A stretch of DNA of 33,911 nucleotides from Opitutales bacterium (GCA_040398005.1 JBBAUX010000006.1:19359-53269); one strand, 5' to 3'; positions 17,825-27,443 are shown, counted from the stretch's first letter. Translations and numbers: made by a program. The notes: a model not told the origin generated them from the letters alone.

Positions 17825-18679
17825 ATGGCCGTAGCCACAAAATTTTTACCTGCTGGGTTCGATCTCAAAAAGCCCATTGCCGTCATCGCCGGTCAAGGGC
17901 GCTACCCCGCTCTCCTCATCGAATCCGCCCGTGCCCAAGGTGCCAACATCAAGCTTCTCTCATTTGAACAAGAAACAGATTCGAAATTAATTGAGACATT
18001 TTCTGCACAGGATCATCGCTCTATCACCGTCGGAAAATTAGGACAACTCCTCGACGCCCTAAAAGAAGTCGGCGCGGCAGGTGCAGTGATGGCCGGACAA
18101 ATCACCCCGCGAAAACTTTTTTCAGGAATGATTCCTGATTTAAAATTGGTCGCACTCTTTGCTAAGTTAAAAGAGAGAAATGCCGAAACCATTTTTGGCG
18201 GGGTCAGTGAAGAGATCGAAAGCCTTGGTATCAAGATGCTCGATGCCCGTGTCTTCTTGGACGACCACCTCGTTTCAGCGGGCTGCCTCACAGGCTGGTC
18301 CTGCGGTGTTTCCGATACGGAATTAGAATTTGGCACACGCATGGCCCGTGAAATGGCCCGTTTAGATATTGGTCAATCCGTCGTTACCGCCAAGGGAACC
18401 GTCATCGCCGTCGAAGCTTTTGAAGGTACTGATCAAATGCTTCAGCGCTGTACACAGACTGGCGGAAAAGAAATGCTTTTAATTAAGACATCGAAACACG
18501 CACAAGATTTTCGCTTCGATGTCCCCTGCTTTGGAATGCAAACTTTAGAAAGTATGGCCAAGGGTGGCGTCCAAAAAGCTGCGCTCGAAGTCGATAGCGT
18601 CATTCTCATCGATCGCCCCGCCGTGATGGCGCACGCTAAAAAATTAGGCATCGATATTATCGGCTTTCCGAAAAAATAA
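17825..18679 (+). CDS. lpxI: UDP-2,3-diacylglucosamine diphosphatase LpxI family
   Basis: IAGQGRYP, LDIGQSVV, AVEAFEGTD and QDFRFDVPCFG motifs; likely start ATG 17825. Confidence 0.9.
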   Translation: MAVATKFLPAGFDLKKPIAVIAGQGRYPALLIESARAQGANIKLLSFEQETDSKLIETFSAQDHRSITVGKLGQLLDALKEVGAAGAVMAGQITPRKLFSGMIPDLKLVALFAKLKERNAETIFGGVSEEIESLGIKMLDARVFLDDHLVSAGCLTGWSCGVSDTELEFGTRMAREMARLDIGQSVVTAKGTVIAVEAFEGTDQMLQRCTQTGGKEMLLIKTSKHAQDFRFDVPCFGMQTLESMAKGGVQKAALEVDSVILIDRPAVMAHAKKLGIDIIGFPKK

Positions 18680-18681
18680 TT

Positions 18682-18945
18682 TTAGCCGTCGAAAAAATTC
18701 CAAGCGAGAATTGACTCGGCCAGAATCCAGCCAGCAATCAGCGCGAAAACTAAAATAAAAAATCGGCGATAGCGGACCCAGTAGCGCGAAGGTTCTTCAG
18801 GCGTTTGCACATAGCCTTCGGAGTCGAAAAATCTTTTAATCATATCCCAAATTGAGAAATTTTTCCCAGTATCGATTGTTTGATGACGATACCCCATGGG
18901 CCGATAATCTTTGGGTTTAAACCTCTTAAAAAGGTTGAATAGCAT
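18682..18945 (-). CDS. Small hypothetical membrane protein (one C-terminal TM)
   Basis: 87-aa ORF filling the gap between lpxI and panB; TM FFILVFALIAGWILA; promoter-like TTGTAA-17-TAGGGT immediately upstream. Confidence 0.7.
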   Translation of the reverse strand: MLFNLFKRFKPKDYRPMGYRHQTIDTGKNFSIWDMIKRFFDSEGYVQTPEEPSRYWVRYRRFFILVFALIAGWILAESILAWNFFDG

Positions 18946-19009
18946 ATTCTGACCCTAAAGACATCTCTGACGCTTTACAAGCGACACCTCTAAGCCTTAT
19001 GACATCTCT

Positions 19010-19780
19010 GTGAAGTCCACCACCCGGTCCATTCGCGCACTCAAGGGCACCCGTCCCATCGTATGCCTCACCGCCTATGATGCGATCACCGCACGAATCG
19101 CCGACCAAGGCGGGGCCGATCTGATTCTCGTCGGCGATTCCTTAGGAAACACCGTTCTCGGCATGGAAGACACGGTCGGCGTCACCCTCGAAATGATGAT
19201 CCACCACACGGCCGCCGTGGTTCGCGCTAAAACATCCGCCCTCGTCATCGCCGATCTTCCCTTCGCCCTCGCGCACGAGCCTTTTCCAAAACTTCTTAAA
19301 TCCTGCCGCGCGCTCATGCAGAATGGTGGAGCTCATGGAGTAAAAATTGAAGGCGGCGCCACACTCGCCGTTTCTATTCTTAAATTAGTCGATGCCGGCA
19401 TTCCGGTGATGGGTCACGTCGGCCTCATGCCGCAACGCGTTCACTCCACCGGTTACAAGCGCCGTGGATTAAATCCTGCCGACCAACAAAAAATATTGAT
19501 CGATGCCCAATCCGTCGCCGCCGCTGGAGCGTTTAGTATCGTGATTGAATGTGTGGACGAAAAATTTTCGCAGCAACTGACCGAGTCTCTCGAAATTCCC
19601 ACTATCGGTATCGGTTCAGGTAGTGGGTGCGATGGACAAATTCTCGTCATCCATGATTTACTCGGACTCACCTCCAACCCTCCTCCCTTTGTTAAACCCG
19701 AAGCTCAGTTACACCGCGACGCTGTTGCCGCCGTTCAACGCTGGGCTAAAAAAGTACGTAAACCAGGACTAAAAAAATGA
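19010..19780 (+). CDS. panB: 3-methyl-2-oxobutanoate hydroxymethyltransferase
   Basis: LTAYD, ILVGDSLG, ADLPF, VKIEGG, GHVGLMPQ and TIGIGSG...DGQILV motifs. Confidence 0.97.
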   Translation: MKSTTRSIRALKGTRPIVCLTAYDAITARIADQGGADLILVGDSLGNTVLGMEDTVGVTLEMMIHHTAAVVRAKTSALVIADLPFALAHEPFPKLLKSCRALMQNGGAHGVKIEGGATLAVSILKLVDAGIPVMGHVGLMPQRVHSTGYKRRGLNPADQQKILIDAQSVAAAGAFSIVIECVDEKFSQQLTESLEIPTIGIGSGSGCDGQILVIHDLLGLTSNPPPFVKPEAQLHRDAVAAVQRWAKKVRKPGLKK

Positions 19781-20781
19781 ACTGCGTCGTCTTTGGTGCC
19801 GGTGCGTGGGGCACCGCCTTTAGTTTACACTTAAGTCGTCAAGGCCACACCGTGACGCTCGTGCCTCGTCGCATCGAGCAAGCCCTCGAACTCGCGACCA
19901 CGCGTGAAAATAAAGATTACTTGGCCGGACATAAATTACCTCTCTCCATTCAAATCGGACTCGAAGCTCTGCCCGCGTTAATGGATGCGGACATCGTATT
20001 CCTCGCCTATCCTTCCAAAGGTCTCGCGGATTTACTCAAACAAATCGGCCCATCTATTAAATCATCGGAAACCGTGAAGATGGTAGTTTCACTCACTAAG
20101 GGACTTGATCAAAAAACTTTACAGCGTCCGTGCGAACAGATGTCACAAGCCTTCGGAAAAATTCCTGTCGGCACATTTAACGGCCCCAGCAACGCCCAAG
20201 AAGTCGCGCGCGCCCAACCGACTGCGATGGTTCTTGCCTCCAATGCTGACGAAAAAACTTTAAGCGAAGTCCAAGCCGCCATCAGCGGACCCTCTCTGCG
20301 TGCTTATACTTCAACGGATATCGCTGGCGTCGAAATCGGTGGTACTTTGAAAAATGTCTACGCCCTCGGTGCCGGTCTTTGCGATGGATTAAAACTGGGC
20401 GATAATGCTAAAGCCGCCTTTCTCACTCGTGCCCTCCAAGAAATGATGCGCGTGGGCCAAGCGCTCGGCGGTAAAAGCGAAACTTTCCTCGGACTGAGTG
20501 GAGTCGGTGACCTCATGGCCACCGCCCACGGTTCCTGGAGTCGTAATCGCGCCCTCGGTGAAGCCATCGCTCGCAATGCCACACAGGCTTTAGCCGGACT
20601 CGCCTCACGTCGTGATGCCGTTGAAGGCCATCGCGCTACCGAAACGGTCAGTCGCTTAGCGAAGTCACGTAACGTCGACGCTCCGATTTTATTTTGTTTA
20701 AATAAAATTCTTTTTGAAGGTCTCGACGCTCGTGCCGGAGTCACCGCGCTCATGACTCGCGATCTCAAATCTGAAATATGA
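19777..20781 (+). CDS. gpsA: NAD(P)H-dependent glycerol-3-phosphate dehydrogenase
   Basis: GAGAWGTA, TKG, GPSNAQEV, LKNVYA, GDNAKAA and GDLMAT...SRN motifs. Confidence 0.96.
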   Translation: MNCVVFGAGAWGTAFSLHLSRQGHTVTLVPRRIEQALELATTRENKDYLAGHKLPLSIQIGLEALPALMDADIVFLAYPSKGLADLLKQIGPSIKSSETVKMVVSLTKGLDQKTLQRPCEQMSQAFGKIPVGTFNGPSNAQEVARAQPTAMVLASNADEKTLSEVQAAISGPSLRAYTSTDIAGVEIGGTLKNVYALGAGLCDGLKLGDNAKAAFLTRALQEMMRVGQALGGKSETFLGLSGVGDLMATAHGSWSRNRALGEAIARNATQALAGLASRRDAVEGHRATETVSRLAKSRNVDAPILFCLNKILFEGLDARAGVTALMTRDLKSEI

Positions 20782-21242
20782 GTACCTGGGACGTCACCAC
20801 ACGCCCCTCAGCTATTTCGGGTCAAGGTCTCTTCGCCACCCGTACCTTTTCTCAAGGCGAAATCATCGCACCCTACTTGGGAAAAGTTCTGACCTCTCGA
20901 CCGGTAAAATCTTCGGAGTCATCCGCTACTTACATTTTAGAAATTAAACCCGGGCTCTGGATTGATGGATCCGACACCGAAAATCCCGCTCGTTCAGCGA
21001 ACCACTCGTGTGAACCCACCGCCGAACTGGTGATGAATGAAACCGAAAGCTTCGCCAACCTCCGTGCGTCCTCTCATATTCTGCCGGGTGACGAAATAAC
21101 CCTTGATTACGGCTTTTCGTTGTCGGAAAGCCTTTTTAACCCCTGTACCTGCGGGAAAATGAGCTGCGCCGGTAAAATCATCGCCGAACCACTCCGCCCC
21201 GCCCTCCGTCGCCACCTGCGTTTTTTACGTCGAAGGGATTGA
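20778..21242 (+). CDS. SET-domain protein (putative lysine methyltransferase) with post-SET Cys cluster
   Basis: GQGLFA, NHSCEP, GDEITLDY and CTCGKMSC motifs. Confidence 0.9.
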   Translation: MSTWDVTTRPSAISGQGLFATRTFSQGEIIAPYLGKVLTSRPVKSSESSATYILEIKPGLWIDGSDTENPARSANHSCEPTAELVMNETESFANLRASSHILPGDEITLDYGFSLSESLFNPCTCGKMSCAGKIIAEPLRPALRRHLRFLRRRD

Positions 21243-21295
21243 CCACCCTCCCTCCGAGCCTCACTTTTCAAACTTCTATTTATCTATACCCTTAA

Positions 21296-22687
21296 ATGAA
21301 AAAAGTAGCCATTACTGAACTTGATCCTCGCCTGCAGAAGCAAATCACTGCCGCCGATCAACAGCTCAAGACCAATCCTCAATACGCCATGGAAGTTCTT
21401 TCCGGTATATTGTCGCGTAATCCTGGTTGCTTAGAAGTCCGTCGCTCACTCCGTCGTTCACAAAAAGCAATTCTCGGAGTTAAAAAAGGAATGTTCGATG
21501 GATTACTCGGAGGCAATGCCGACAAGGCAGCCGAAAAAGATCCCCTCGCCGCCATTCAAGCCGCTGAAGATATTTTCGCTAAAAAACCTGGTGATATCGG
21601 TGCCAATAAATTACTCGCCGCGGCTGCGCTCAAACTCGACTTCCCCGAGCTCGCTGCTTTCGCCTACGAAGAACTCACTCAGGTCGACGCCAAAAACGTT
21701 CAACACTTTATCGACTTAGCTAACACCTGGATCACCGCACACGAATACGATTCCGCGCTTAATGCTGCAGACGCTGGTTTAAAACTTTTCCCTGGAAACG
21801 GCGACCTCCAAGAATCCGTGCGTAAAGCTTCAGTGAGCAAGACGATGCGCAAAGGAAACTGGGAAGACAAAGGCGACTTCCAATCCAAACTTAAAGATAA
21901 GGACGAAGCTCTCCGTCTCGAACAATCCACCCGCACGGTTACCGATTCTGGTACCGCACTCGAACAAGCCGCCACACTCGCAGTTAAAATCCAAGCACAA
22001 CCTGATAACCTCGATCTTTACCGTGAAATCGTTCGTCAATTCATCGGTGCGGGCGACCTCGATAGTGCCGTCGCTTGGTTACAACGCGGACGTCTGACAA
22101 CACTGGGCAAACAAGACTCTTCTCTCGAAAGTCAGGAAATCAGCCTCATCACTCAACGCTTTGAAAAGGTTTCCAAACTTCTTGCGGAAAAAGTTCAGGC
22201 AAATCCGGCCGACGCTGCTGCCGTCGCCGAACTCGCCACGAACGATGCAGAACTGACCGCCTACAGACTGCAAACTACCGCAAGCCTCGTGGAACGTTAC
22301 CCGAACGATTACTCATTCCGCTTTGAATACGGCAACTTACTCCTCAATGCCGGTCGCCTCGACGAATCGATTCAACAATTACAATACGCCCAACGTAATC
22401 CTAAATTCCGCCAGGCCTCGATTCTCGCCATCGGCAAAGCTTTCACGGCCAGCTCTAAATTCGATTTAGCCGTCGACCAATTCAACTTAGCTAAATCCGA
22501 ATTACAGGTGATGAATGATCTTAAGAAAGAAGTGATTTACGAGCTAGCGAGTGCCTTTGAGAAAATGGGTCGCACCAAAGAAGCGATGGAAGAATTTAAA
22601 GCTATTTACATGGCCGACTCCGGATATCGTGATGTTTCGAAGAAAATTAATACCTTCTACGAAAACCAAAAAGGACCTGCATCGTAA
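21296..22687 (+). CDS. Tetratricopeptide-repeat protein
   Basis: Repeated TPR-like units (e.g. FRFEYGNLLLNAGRLDESIQQLQ, YELASAFEKMGRTKEAMEEF) and a C-terminal YRDV motif. Confidence 0.85.
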   Translation: MKKVAITELDPRLQKQITAADQQLKTNPQYAMEVLSGILSRNPGCLEVRRSLRRSQKAILGVKKGMFDGLLGGNADKAAEKDPLAAIQAAEDIFAKKPGDIGANKLLAAAALKLDFPELAAFAYEELTQVDAKNVQHFIDLANTWITAHEYDSALNAADAGLKLFPGNGDLQESVRKASVSKTMRKGNWEDKGDFQSKLKDKDEALRLEQSTRTVTDSGTALEQAATLAVKIQAQPDNLDLYREIVRQFIGAGDLDSAVAWLQRGRLTTLGKQDSSLESQEISLITQRFEKVSKLLAEKVQANPADAAAVAELATNDAELTAYRLQTTASLVERYPNDYSFRFEYGNLLLNAGRLDESIQQLQYAQRNPKFRQASILAIGKAFTASSKFDLAVDQFNLAKSELQVMNDLKKEVIYELASAFEKMGRTKEAMEEFKAIYMADSGYRDVSKKINTFYENQKGPAS

Positions 22688-22746
22688 TTTTGTTTTGTAT
22701 TTTTTGCTAAGCAGGAGAATACTCTCTTTTTCTCCTTCCTGCTGCC

Positions 22747-24291
22747 ATGTCTCTGACTCCCTTTAAAAGCCTCCTCATTGCCGACGTCGGCATTAGCATG
22801 GGCGATGAAGGTAAAGGTCGAGTCATCCCCGAAATTGTTCGCGAACTGCAACACCTCACGGGTCGTCGCGATGTTGTCGGCACCGTGCTCAAAGTTAACG
22901 GAGGCGCCAACTCCGGCCACACGGTCGCTGGCCTTAAATTAAATCTTTTACCAGGTGGCGTTGCTGAACACGACGTCGGTTGCCTCGCATTGGGCTCAGG
23001 CGTCGTCGCTGACCCACGTAAAGCCCTCTGGGAAGCTATTCCAGTTGAAAAGCTAGGCTACCCAGTTCTCTCGCGTCTCCTCATCGACGAGCGTTGTATG
23101 GTGAGCGACATCTCGCACCGCATTCTCGATCTCGCTTGGGAAGATTATCGCGTTACTGTTCTCGGACAAGACGCACGCGGTTCCACAGGTCGCGGCATCA
23201 CTCCCGCCTACGCTGATGAAGTTGGCCAGATGCAAATTTATTATTCAGAGTTTCTTGGAATTAAATCCGACTATGCCAAGCGTCTCTCGGCTCGACTCAA
23301 CCGCGCCGCCGACATCGTCCAAAACGTTTGCAAACTCAGCCCCGAAAAATGGTCCACCCTTTTCACCAAATTAACTGAAGCCGAAATCCGTGCCAATAAA
23401 GGTGCCATCGATGCCGGAGTTTTCACGGCCGCTGAATTCGACTTCACCCGCTTCGCTGGACCCACGCCTTTCACCTTTAATCACGAATCCGTCTTAGCCG
23501 CTTATTGGGAAGCTGGTTCAAAACTCGCCCACACCATTGGCGATGTTCGTGAACGTATTTTATCAGACCTTGCAGCCGATCGCCGCATCATCGGAGAATT
23601 CGGGCAAGCCTACTGGCTCGATAAACGCGCTGGCTTCGCTCCTAACGTTACCGCGTCACACACATACACTCCCGAGTTCTTTCAATCCGCTGGCATTCCC
23701 GTTCAAGCAATTCACACAGTGGGTTGCTGCAAGGCTTACGACACCAAAGTGGGCACGCACGTGTTCAGCACCAAAATGGAAGAGTCTCACCCTCTCCAAC
23801 GCGCCCTCGCTAAATTAGAATTTGGGACCAGCACCGGCCGTCAACGCATGGTGGGCTGGTCTGACCTCGTAGAAAAAGCCGACACCCTTCGTTACGGTGG
23901 CTTTGATGATTTAGTCCTCAATAAACTCGACGCTCTTTCACCACACGGGGAATGGACCGGCGGCGATTTACAACTTTGCACAGGTTACCGCGATAGCTCC
24001 GGAAAAATCTATCTGGGCGTGCCCCGTAATGACGCCGTCCGTCGCACCCTCACGCCTATCTACGCGACCATGCCAGGTTGGAAGTCGGACATCTCCAAAG
24101 TCCGCTCCTGGGCACAACTCCCCACCGAGGCTCGTCGCTATGTTTCTTTTACGATGTCCGAAATGGTCCGCCTCGCCTCACGCGGGCATACCCTAAAGTC
24201 TTTGCCTAATTTAAGATATATCGGAGTGGGACCTGATCCTGATCAAATTATTTCCGACGTGCCTGCGACATCGGAATTAATTAAACAGTAA
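22747..24291 (+). CDS. purA: Adenylosuccinate synthetase (long, divergent form)
   Basis: [43 protein letters not shown] and GVGP motifs. Confidence 0.9.
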   Translation: MSLTPFKSLLIADVGISMGDEGKGRVIPEIVRELQHLTGRRDVVGTVLKVNGGANSGHTVAGLKLNLLPGGVAEHDVGCLALGSGVVADPRKALWEAIPVEKLGYPVLSRLLIDERCMVSDISHRILDLAWEDYRVTVLGQDARGSTGRGITPAYADEVGQMQIYYSEFLGIKSDYAKRLSARLNRAADIVQNVCKLSPEKWSTLFTKLTEAEIRANKGAIDAGVFTAAEFDFTRFAGPTPFTFNHESVLAAYWEAGSKLAHTIGDVRERILSDLAADRRIIGEFGQAYWLDKRAGFAPNVTASHTYTPEFFQSAGIPVQAIHTVGCCKAYDTKVGTHVFSTKMEESHPLQRALAKLEFGTSTGRQRMVGWSDLVEKADTLRYGGFDDLVLNKLDALSPHGEWTGGDLQLCTGYRDSSGKIYLGVPRNDAVRRTLTPIYATMPGWKSDISKVRSWAQLPTEARRYVSFTMSEMVRLASRGHTLKSLPNLRYIGVGPDPDQIISDVPATSELIKQ

Positions 24292-24292
24292 T

Positions 24293-25696
24293 TTATCCCT
24301 TGATATACGGGAGGAAAATAAGTCCCGCGATCAGGAAGTAGATAACCAATCCGGTGACGTCGACAATCGTCGCCACGAAGGGTGCGGCCGCTTTGGCAGG
24401 ATCAAATCCGAGTCGTCGTAAAATAAACGGCAACATCGCACCCGATAAACTTCCCCATAATACTACCCCAATCAACGAGAAGAAAATAACGAGTCCTAAT
24501 AAAAACCAATGTTCACCGTAGCCGGGTGTGCTACCACAAAGATTAGGGAAGAAAAAGTGCCAAATCGCAATGCGGGCAAAACCGATGGTGCCTAAAATAA
24601 CTCCGAGCCCCAGACCGCTCGTGATTTCCCGACGGAAGACCTTGAACCAATCCTTTAAATTAATTTCAGCCAGAGCCATCGCACGAATGACTAAAGCCGA
24701 GGCCTGTGATCCCGAATTACCACCCGATGAAATAATCAGGGGTAAGAATAAAGATAGAACGACCGCCTTCTCAATCGCACCTTCAAAGAAACCCATCGCC
24801 GTGGCGGTAAACATTTCCCCAACAAATAAAATGACGAGCCAGCCCGCACGTTGACGAATGAGCTGAGTTAAGGGTGTATCTAAGAGAGGTTCTTCGGGCA
24901 CTTCCACTGCACCCAAGAACGCGATATCTTTTGCGGCTTCTTCAGTGGCGGTCTCTAAAACGTCGTCCACCGTCACAATACCCAACACAATCATATCCGC
25001 ATTAACTACCGGAATAATGGTGCGAGAGTGCTTACGGAATAATTTTACGGCATCCGTCTGTGAGTCGGTAACCTTCAGGTAAATGGGAGGGGCCGCAGGT
25101 AAGTCTGACACCTTAGAGGTAGCATCGGCCGTAAAGATATCACGAATCCGGTGTACGCCTAAGAGTTTGCCTGCCTCATCCACCGAGCAAACCACGTGAA
25201 CGTAATAAACATCCTTCGCCCGTTCTTTAACGTAATCTAAGGACTGTTGAATGGTCCAATTCTGACGGATCGAAACAAACTTCGTCGTCATCATTCGACC
25301 CACACTATTCTCGGGATAGCCGAGAAGTTGTAGCGCGACTCGTTGCTGCGCGGGGTCGAGCAAACTCAATAAACTTACCGCATGCTCCGGACATTCTTCA
25401 AGGAAGGCTGTGCGGTCGTCATCCGACATCGCATTTAAAATCGACGCCGCATCTTTCTCTCCCAACGCTCGAATTAAATCTTCCTGGTGATTGGGATCAA
25501 TGTATTCAAAAATTTCTGCAGCGACCGTCTTCGGTAATAAACGAAAACTCACTGCCATCTCGACGGGCTCTAAATGCTCGAGTAAATCAGAAGCATCCGC
25601 ATGCGGTAAACCAACTAATAATTGACGGATTCCTTGGAAGTCGCGCTTCTCAATAAGGAGATGAACAATCTCAATATGCTCTGGAGTTGCCGTCAT
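24293..25696 (-). CDS. mgtE: Magnesium transporter MgtE
   Basis: MgtE N-domain, CBS pair (YPENSVGRMMT, GIVTVDD), SGGNSGSQ and PFVATIVDVTG motifs; likely start ATG 25696. Confidence 0.96.
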   Translation of the reverse strand: MTATPEHIEIVHLLIEKRDFQGIRQLLVGLPHADASDLLEHLEPVEMAVSFRLLPKTVAAEIFEYIDPNHQEDLIRALGEKDAASILNAMSDDDRTAFLEECPEHAVSLLSLLDPAQQRVALQLLGYPENSVGRMMTTKFVSIRQNWTIQQSLDYVKERAKDVYYVHVVCSVDEAGKLLGVHRIRDIFTADATSKVSDLPAAPPIYLKVTDSQTDAVKLFRKHSRTIIPVVNADMIVLGIVTVDDVLETATEEAAKDIAFLGAVEVPEEPLLDTPLTQLIRQRAGWLVILFVGEMFTATAMGFFEGAIEKAVVLSLFLPLIISSGGNSGSQASALVIRAMALAEINLKDWFKVFRREITSGLGLGVILGTIGFARIAIWHFFFPNLCGSTPGYGEHWFLLGLVIFFSLIGVVLWGSLSGAMLPFILRRLGFDPAKAAAPFVATIVDVTGLVIYFLIAGLIFLPYIKG

Positions 25697-25772
25697 GCTT
25701 ATAATGTGCCACTTATGCCGAGACTTGGGCAAACCCTAAAATTGATTTTCACCACTTCGTAACCTTGCCATC

Positions 25773-26099
25773 ATGCAACATAATTTTGCACTCCCCCTCT
25801 GGTCACTCGTCGACCAACGTAAAATTGAATCAGGTAAATCAGACATGCGTGGCTTAGCCAATCAACTGGGTCGCTGGCTTAATCATAATTTTGATATAGA
25901 TCACAAAGGGACGGCCATCGAAGAACCTACGGATGTTACGGGTTTTGCTGAACCCATACTCGTCATCGCAGGCGTTGAACAAGCCAAGTGGCCCACGATG
26001 ATTGCCCTCGCCCAAAGCAAGAAGACCCAACTTTTCGTCGTGCTAATTAATGAGGCCGGACAGTTCACCCTGAAGGAATTGAACTTACCCGAAGGTTAA
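25773..26099 (+). CDS. Hypothetical protein (108 aa)
   Basis: ATG-started ORF that fills the gap between mgtE and the next gene; globular-looking composition; no motif recognised. Confidence 0.7.
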   Translation: MQHNFALPLWSLVDQRKIESGKSDMRGLANQLGRWLNHNFDIDHKGTAIEEPTDVTGFAEPILVIAGVEQAKWPTMIALAQSKKTQLFVVLINEAGQFTLKELNLPEG

Positions 26100-26119
26100 G
26101 CGGTAAGCCACCCAACGGC

Positions 26120-27394
26120 TTAGTTCTTCGCTTCCCGCACCAACCGCTTTAATAAAACGGTCGCGTCCCCCGCCCCCTGGTCGAAATTAAAGAAGACGTC
26201 CCCGCCCGAGTCTTTACCGATTTCAATGCCGTTATTATACTCCTTAATATCCAGAATCTTGTTCAGCTTGAAATTTATGTTTTTGTATTCGCCGTTAAAA
26301 ATTACTCGTTGGTCCGTAAAAATCGCCGTCCCGCTATCTATTTTAGTCAACTGATCTTGCGTTTCGCGCTGCACATCGAAACTGCCGACGCGATAACGCA
26401 AACTGCCGAAGATTTTTATACTCGAAGAAAATCCGCCATAGTTTCGGCGTACCACGGTGCGCTTAACCATTAATAAGCCTACGGGCTGCATCCAATAACA
26501 GATTTCACTGCCTAATTCCAAGTTACACTCAACCGGCGTGAGCTGACCTTTCAAGAGCGTATAATATTTCTGTGCCCGATTAAACGCAGCTTGGACCGCA
26601 GGATAATTCGCTAAGTGCAAATCGAGATCTACAGCTACTTGATTGTACTGTTTAACATTATCGGGTGAGATAATGAGCTCTCCATCCAAAGTTTCACCGA
26701 GGAATTTAATCTCCTGCATTAAGACTTCACCCCAAATGATAGTGTTCAAACTATCCATAACAGTATCAGGCAGTGGAATACTCCCAGCTAAGGTGCGTAT
26801 TTGCTCCCGTTTCTCAGCAAACTCTCCCGGTCCATTTAAAATACTCTGAAAAGCTTTTTTGTAATATTCTAAAAAAACTTCTTTTTGTATTTCATAGGCC
26901 CTCTCTTGTATCATGCCCAAACTGTACATGAGATTATTTAAATTAGTCTTTTCCTGTGAGGTGAAAAGATGATCCTCTAAATGAGCTTGGACCATCAAAA
27001 GATACCACGCCTCTAACTCTTTTTTGCAGCGACGATGTAAATTAGATCGGGTCGCTTGATTGATTTGCTCAATATCAGCTGCGGTTAACTGACACTCCTG
27101 CTGCGCCGCCGTTAACTTATCCCATAACATCGCCAGCATCATCGGCTTGCTCTCTCGGGAGAGTAGCTGATCCCATAGATTAGCTGATTTTTCTTCCGGA
27201 CGTGGAAAAGGTAATTTCCAAACCTTCTGTGTATTTACTAAATCATAAAGTGGCTTCCAGGCGGTCATCCCAGAACGCCAGAAAAAATCCGTTTCCATCA
27301 GCTGACCACTGGTAATGAGACTCGGAATTTCCTGAACGGCAAACAGTCCAATCTCCTCCCCACTACGAGCAATATGTACGCGGTCAGCTACCAT
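26120..27394 (-). CDS. GYF_2 (DUF4339) domain protein with helical middle and beta-rich (PH-like) C-terminus
   Basis: IARSGEEIGLF...SGQLMETDFFWRSGMTAWKPL is a clear GYF_2 pattern; C-terminal IDSGTAIFTDQRVIFNG. Confidence 0.75.
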   Translation of the reverse strand: MVADRVHIARSGEEIGLFAVQEIPSLITSGQLMETDFFWRSGMTAWKPLYDLVNTQKVWKLPFPRPEEKSANLWDQLLSRESKPMMLAMLWDKLTAAQQECQLTAADIEQINQATRSNLHRRCKKELEAWYLLMVQAHLEDHLFTSQEKTNLNNLMYSLGMIQERAYEIQKEVFLEYYKKAFQSILNGPGEFAEKREQIRTLAGSIPLPDTVMDSLNTIIWGEVLMQEIKFLGETLDGELIISPDNVKQYNQVAVDLDLHLANYPAVQAAFNRAQKYYTLLKGQLTPVECNLELGSEICYWMQPVGLLMVKRTVVRRNYGGFSSSIKIFGSLRYRVGSFDVQRETQDQLTKIDSGTAIFTDQRVIFNGEYKNINFKLNKILDIKEYNNGIEIGKDSGGDVFFNFDQGAGDATVLLKRLVREAKN

Positions 27395-27443
27395 ACTAAA
27401 CTAATAAAATTCTAAAAGATTTAATCAAGTTTTGGTTTAGTAC

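Noticed and set aside
22747..24291. PurZ (diaminopurine pathway) instead of PurA
   Set aside because: The catalytic Asp in GDEGKG is retained (PurZ has Ser there), and the context is housekeeping with no phage genes.
26105..26121. AAGCC/GGCTT hairpin between convergent genes as a terminator
   Set aside because: Only a 5-bp stem with no U-tract; too weak to call.
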